This document shows positions 56,601-58,902 of a stretch of DNA of 58,902 bases, in pieces (the first letter of the stretch is position 1; every line of letters begins with the position of its first letter). The notes under the pieces were generated by a model. That model was given only the letters and a program-made list of their open reading frames with translations, was not told where the DNA came from and made no database searches. A program made the translations under genes and the position numbers. The DNA is taken from positions 1 to 58,902 of the IMG/VR virus record IMGVR_UViG_3300032320_001902; one strand, 5' to 3'. The stretch is from a virus. Taxonomy: Duplodnaviria > Caudoviricetes.

Positions 56601-57391
56601 TTCTCTGCATTTGCAGCTAAGTCTTGCTTGTACTTTTTATTGCCAATAGCATATCCTTTTTTAAGTCCAGCAGCCCTGTTGTTTCCTTGAATAACTTCAC
56701 CCCTTTCATTTACAACAGGCGCACCTTTATACGCCCCTGTATCTTGCCCAAGTTCGCCAAACCTTGGGTTGTTAGCAAAATCATCTTCTGCCAATAAGCT
56801 TGCTTGGTCGTTCCTATTTTTTGGCTGTGCTTCGGGTATAAAGAAGTTTGGATTTCTCAAACCTCCTTCGTGTGAAGGCTGAACTGTGTTTGCTTCAACA
56901 AGTTTGTATCTGAAAGGAACGACAACGCCACCACCCCCAGGTTCATTTGTAAACCTAACATCCCCACCTTCCTCCGAAACAACGCCTTGTCCTTTTTCGT
57001 TTCTTGTATACGTTATTCCGTCAATGGTGAATTTGCCTGCCCTTCTTCTTTCTGCGGCAAGCCCTTCAAGCAATAGTTCGGTTTCTTCATCAAGAGCAAC
57101 CGTTGCTTCTGCGGAAGTTATTTCTTCTTTGCTCGGCTTGGCAGCTTCTTTCCCTTGCTTGCCTTGTCCCATTCCTTGACCTTCACCCCCTGCTTCTCTA
57201 ACTTTTCCTTGTTGGCGTGGAAGAACGCCCTCTGCGCTTTGCTTTTGTACGGCATCTTGAATTGATTTTATGGTTGGTATATTCTTAACAACACCTTGGG
57301 CAATAAATTCGTCCAAAAGTCCATTGTGCAACTTTTCGGCAAACTCTTCAAAAGAAAGTGTCTGCCCTTGGTATTTGACCTCGCAAGCCAT
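50651..57391 (-). CDS. Giant polyvalent (probably ejected/internal virion) protein with a ddrB-like ParB domain
   Basis: 2246 aa; 'YKLVEA..VQPSH...AQPKNR...GAPVVNERGEVIQGNNR' resembles ddrB-ParB; the rest is largely helical. Confidence 0.7.
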   Translation of the reverse strand: MACEVKYQGQTLSFEEFAEKLHNGLLDEFIAQGVVKNIPTIKSIQDAVQKQSAEGVLPRQQGKVREAGGEGQGMGQGKQGKEAAKPSKEEITSAEATVALDEETELLLEGLAAERRRAGKFTIDGITYTRNEKGQGVVSEEGGDVRFTNEPGGGGVVVPFRYKLVEANTVQPSHEGGLRNPNFFIPEAQPKNRNDQASLLAEDDFANNPRFGELGQDTGAYKGAPVVNERGEVIQGNNRAAGLKKGYAIGNKKYKQDLAANAEKFGFTKEQVEGMENPVLVREVIATDEKAIELGNYDVKDLETAGKRRIDPSALVRRLPSKVKASLAKMISAGETIKESIRDNADEIYQLIRPYINTSIANTIITNGKLNSVGIEDVESLFTQFLFQNGDPNLPQMFEGLSNTQREGIKKSLPYLLSAGAGRSIIADVQEAIIALHYFRASGVDGFQAWANQIDETGKAKKDSFTPLALKLAENFNKATSQNEIAGIPQKGGEVSSFAKYSQLTQGTEGGLFEEAQEGMSRQDAVKEAFGVEYTPRKGYTSAAKFEESEAKRKEIEKEKAEKEKAKQAKREIKEKVKELEKKTTLISEFLRNNLTVKPKQFIDKNGNKINITKSGFDWNDMVNGVADLIDKGYEVAEAVKEYLKSQDWFKALSKENQNSVIEQSIDEFNQGIEAAKKAVPTPQQESTPTPQGVAGALTRFRKIVSRALDGETNEDTKSNLLKGDITYIVESLNPAEQEKRATELINKHGMENLIEKIAKGEINGSAATLIWGVSVKMLGNDYKSLKAEGLDEEAKVIAQKQAEYIDLYDNLARELGRQLNALKVVYELSEEAFAYYAAKKVRAINELALAGLESKIAELQEELKKVKEFASRKLSTDVDLEKAINKKRNVTAPKSELSENERKKKKELSDELKKNFGGIFLDVTSVIPQALKLVSDERFREYAKLVIKEVNYDFKKFAKQILNNVNASYKKALKPLIFQIYRDAGGKDSNIEYEKENALKDKIKEALGKSMPANVTEKIVKSLTEANKGLWGKYKKQAAENIANSLIEIQGKRSEDAALDLFIKGLVKNFKGELKTKEEKAAAEKRADIDILRDVFQNTEKYEQVLLQARAEFLEKYNPDEEGISIDKRQERIESLTKLDELIGRVYEQPFSDALVSNVVSDIVGKSIKTFIYLKAKGFKGIEQLKEDVIEKIIFQTGLIREEAERLVDSISNDIDQKVKKGQDKWDMEVESAREKVREAAVFSKEKKKANLPVWKQRRDSAVEALKEKLKSRVMDKIPQQKMALEEFANRLKQNISSSIDEAISKQARTIAAKDNVDALVEILNNRDKYDEVLEQTAKDIRNEYKDDPYMLNLFEQALYGISSNPFNQKTADLATRQALRSTIGEDYTAELMNIAKDYYDADIKVRGDLVDYLEQKTGLDRNYLEPIAKEMQAAYDRIIKNYVENATERIFKVKEQSLVNRLFEGRKVKMTIEAINVALRQSQFDPNFDFEKVITEKLGLINIESVDVKAALDSFAKQIFASKGAPLYRQIAMINLEDWLANHQKESAIWEIFKGQTYANMLYDISTHLKNTVFNIPQSLGALGLTGLTNPRYATLMAKQFVKGLPEGIDEALSIIRTGYPKSTEQPSQRSYSERKAAETNANKAMKGWGVYASIPTRFLAALDSALMFPLKRANSVVYMAKELKADFEKQNPGQRISKAEVIRQIENALDGNGAYGSKFEELRSLSEKQTKEFYGIPESQPLFDSNNKPVYKGKNSNEVYRNFRRNFYLLKQRNLDFISSKEQAENLASVSLLTGIPTGNAFLFYKFAMWFGKFFGLVKLVESPFVKVPLNLVNQAIEASPLGFYNAFTGKESFAPEDWAKTQGLDVNIDPIRRRNIMAKATASTIGMMAVYALTKIKYDDDDEGERPVLIVYADGTGNYRKNEKIKRLSGINKYEPYTIDFMGARISYLDSPFKTLFLPTGFISDQERYGEEGDIPERELEIGEKIITGTAGLLLFIKDMSAIQGLVDLLNIGERSRVRKEGETLEKAAVENMKIQGTKALRNIVVPNFVPGQYRQYKGFMDMTESARPKTVYDRMFKDIPYFDQFVGKKYDHFGKPINERWKFPGLYTEPTEGNTFYDTARRKGYLKNLKYFNSASYKAPEGDYALDDNLIDKIAKLQASYAGFIFEQVGQDNLENMSKEDFRVKANGVFELAKDIAAINMLYGRGDMSKQNFMGNAEGLSLELKETYGINPKVLGLPVEY
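57118..57255 (-). CDS. Nested out-of-frame basic microprotein (45 aa)
   Basis: MPYKSKAQRAFFHANKEKLEKQGVKVKEWDKASKGKKLPSRAKKK, inside the 2246-aa gene. Confidence 0.6.
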   Translation of the reverse strand: MPYKSKAQRAFFHANKEKLEKQGVKVKEWDKASKGKKLPSRAKKK

Positions 57392-57392
57392 A

Positions 57393-57923
57393 TTAGAATA
57401 ATTTTTTCTCTAAAGTAAGAAGTTCAAACTTGCTCATTACATTAACCCCTTCAAGCATATTGAGCTTGTCGCTATATTCAGCAACAGACTTGGTTTGTAT
57501 ATCCGTATATGTTCTAAGGAAGTTAAACGTGGCAATATCGCCTTTGCCAAAAATCTCATCAGAAGTGTCGTTGTATTCTTTCCAAAGGTTGTACTCAAGT
57601 TCATAAGCCTTTACAAGAACCTCAAATAGTCCACTAAAAACAATTTGTGGCGTTTCAACGATAGGCAAATTAACGTCAATGTTCCAATCGACAAGGTACG
57701 TTTCAATACCCTTTGCGTGGGAAAGTTCATCAAGAGATTCGGCTGCAAAGAACTCTGCGGCTTTATCATAACCTACACCTTTGCAGTAATTAGAAGCGGC
57801 TCGGTAGAAGTAGAAAGCCTTGTACTCGTCATTTAAACGTGGCATTAAAAGGCTAACAATCTTTGCGTCAAGTTTTTTTGGAAACTCAGGCATAACCATC
57901 ATTGGAGAATCGAGTATCATCAT
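57393..57923 (-). CDS. Ferritin-like protein
   Basis: 'LNDEYKAFYFY', 'AEFF...S.DELSHA', 'AYELE', 'D.ATFNFL..Y..IQ' four-helix ferroxidase pattern. Confidence 0.85.
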   Translation of the reverse strand: MMILDSPMMVMPEFPKKLDAKIVSLLMPRLNDEYKAFYFYRAASNYCKGVGYDKAAEFFAAESLDELSHAKGIETYLVDWNIDVNLPIVETPQIVFSGLFEVLVKAYELEYNLWKEYNDTSDEIFGKGDIATFNFLRTYTDIQTKSVAEYSDKLNMLEGVNVMSKFELLTLEKKLF

Positions 57924-58902
57924 GGGCATTCTTTAGATTTTGTTATAATTCCTTCTCTTTCAAGTTGTGCAAATATAGGCTTTATATTGTCAAAAATGTT
58001 TTTTACCGTTGGCATTTTTTCTAAAGTTTGCCTATACGCTTTTGCTGCCTCACGCTTTTGAGAACCTTTGCCTTCAATAGCATAAAACTTTGCTACGGCA
58101 TCTGCAATGGTTGCTTTTACTTCTTCTTGGACTTGGGTTTCGGCACGCAGTTCGGTACTTTCTTGCCCGCCTTGGGTTTCATTCCCACCATTTCGTACCC
58201 CTTCCAGCAGGGGCTTTTCTTGTTCTGTTTTTGTTTCATTTTGTTGTGTTTTAGCAATTTCTTCTTTTGTAGTTACAGAGCGTTCCTTATTTATTGACGA
58301 TTGTTCCTTATTTTTGAATTTATATTTTAAAGTTTGTTCTGTAACACCATATTTAGACATTAATGATTTGCCTAAATCTTTAATATTTTGAGGAATTAAT
58401 TTATTTAATTCTGCGTAAACATTAGGGGATAAATCTTTTAATGTTTTAGGAGATAAGAAATATAAATAAAAATTATCAGCAAATGCGTCATTGCCTCTTG
58501 ATGCGCCATAGGTAGTAACTGCTTCAAAAATATTATTAGCGTGTTCTATTTTTTGTTTAGCCTTATCTAAATCGCTAATAACTTTTTCTCCTATTTCGTG
58601 CAATAAAACTTGAAGTGGTATATTTTCATCAGTTACCTTTATTTTATCTCCATCAAATGAAGCATAATTGCCATCTGACATTGAAGATTGTGACACTTTT
58701 TCAACTTGTATACCTGCTTTTTCAAGGTCTGATTTTATTTCATTTATATTTTTAGCATCTCCGTAATTAGCTTCACTTTCATCGATACCTATATCAGCTG
58801 TTCTTTTTACATTATAAGCAACTGCGTCCTTAAAGGTATCAAAATCATCCATCGTTTTAACCGAACCCTCTACGCCTTTTGTTTCATTTTGTTGTGTTTT
58901 AG
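57920..58902 (-). CDS. C-terminal part of a large polyvalent protein with a zincin-like domain (5' end outside the window)
   Basis: Frame is open to the window end; 'LLHEIGE', 'DAFADNFYLYF..P..LK..SP..Y'. Confidence 0.6.
   Translation of the reverse strand, partial: KTQQNETKGVEGSVKTMDDFDTFKDAVAYNVKRTADIGIDESEANYGDAKNINEIKSDLEKAGIQVEKVSQSSMSDGNYASFDGDKIKVTDENIPLQVLLHEIGEKVISDLDKAKQKIEHANNIFEAVTTYGASRGNDAFADNFYLYFLSPKTLKDLSPNVYAELNKLIPQNIKDLGKSLMSKYGVTEQTLKYKFKNKEQSSINKERSVTTKEEIAKTQQNETKTEQEKPLLEGVRNGGNETQGGQESTELRAETQVQEEVKATIADAVAKFYAIEGKGSQKREAAKAYRQTLEKMPTVKNIFDNIKPIFAQLEREGIITKSKECP
58117..58239 (-). CDS. Nested out-of-frame basic microprotein (40 aa)
   Basis: MKQKQNKKSPCWKGYEMVGMKPKAGKKVPNCVPKPKSKKK. 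Confidence 0.6.
   Translation of the reverse strand: MKQKQNKKSPCWKGYEMVGMKPKAGKKVPNCVPKPKSKKK
58229..58902. repeat. 26-nt exact direct repeat at 58229-58254 and 58877-58902
   Basis: TTTTGTTTCATTTTGTTGTGTTTTAG occurs twice. Confidence 0.85.

Noticed and set aside
1-58902. Stop-codon reassignment as seen in some crAss-like phages
   Set aside because: Long genes are intact in the standard code, TAG and TGA end genes at coupled junctions, and no suppressor tRNA was seen
58229-58902. Diversity-generating retroelement template/variable repeat pair
   Set aside because: The repeat is only 26 nt and exact, with no adenine-specific mismatches and no reverse transcriptase in the window

Overview
This is a 58.9 kb fragment of a tailed dsDNA phage that probably infects Bacteroidota, judged from the many TAnnTTTG promoter motifs, A-rich leaders and AT-rich composition. 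The left arm (1-16.1 kb, minus strand) is a crAss-like podovirus head/tail block: terminase, portal, scaffold-like protein, major capsid protein, auxiliary capsid protein, three ring proteins and a muzzle/tail-stabilisation protein that runs off the left edge. From 16 to 22 kb are mostly minus-strand small genes (RuvC-like resolvase, HNH, RHH, wHTH and RepL-like regulators). A non-coding strand-switch region lies at about 22.05-22.9 kb. From 22.9 to 42.5 kb is a plus-strand early/replication arm: many small ORFs, a serine recombinase, NinB-like and YqaJ proteins, an HNH, an initiator containing iterons, a primase-helicase and a PLD nuclease. From 42.7 to 58.9 kb (minus strand) are lysis genes, tail fibres, a 2246-aa ParB-like polyvalent protein, a ferritin and the C-terminus of another giant protein. 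No DNA polymerase, RNA polymerase, tRNA or CRISPR array was seen. The most notable features are five: (1) an integron-like array of cassettes separated by attC-like hairpins that carry the genes' start codons (40.6-41.95 kb); (2) a promoter/terminator-bounded small RNA whose loop is complementary to a motif at the predicted 5' end of four early transcripts, plus a second, weaker candidate sRNA; (3) a type I hammerhead ribozyme; (4) two attenuator-like leaders with complementary loops; (5) basic microproteins nested out of frame inside the giant virion genes. All family assignments are by motif recognition only, with no database search.
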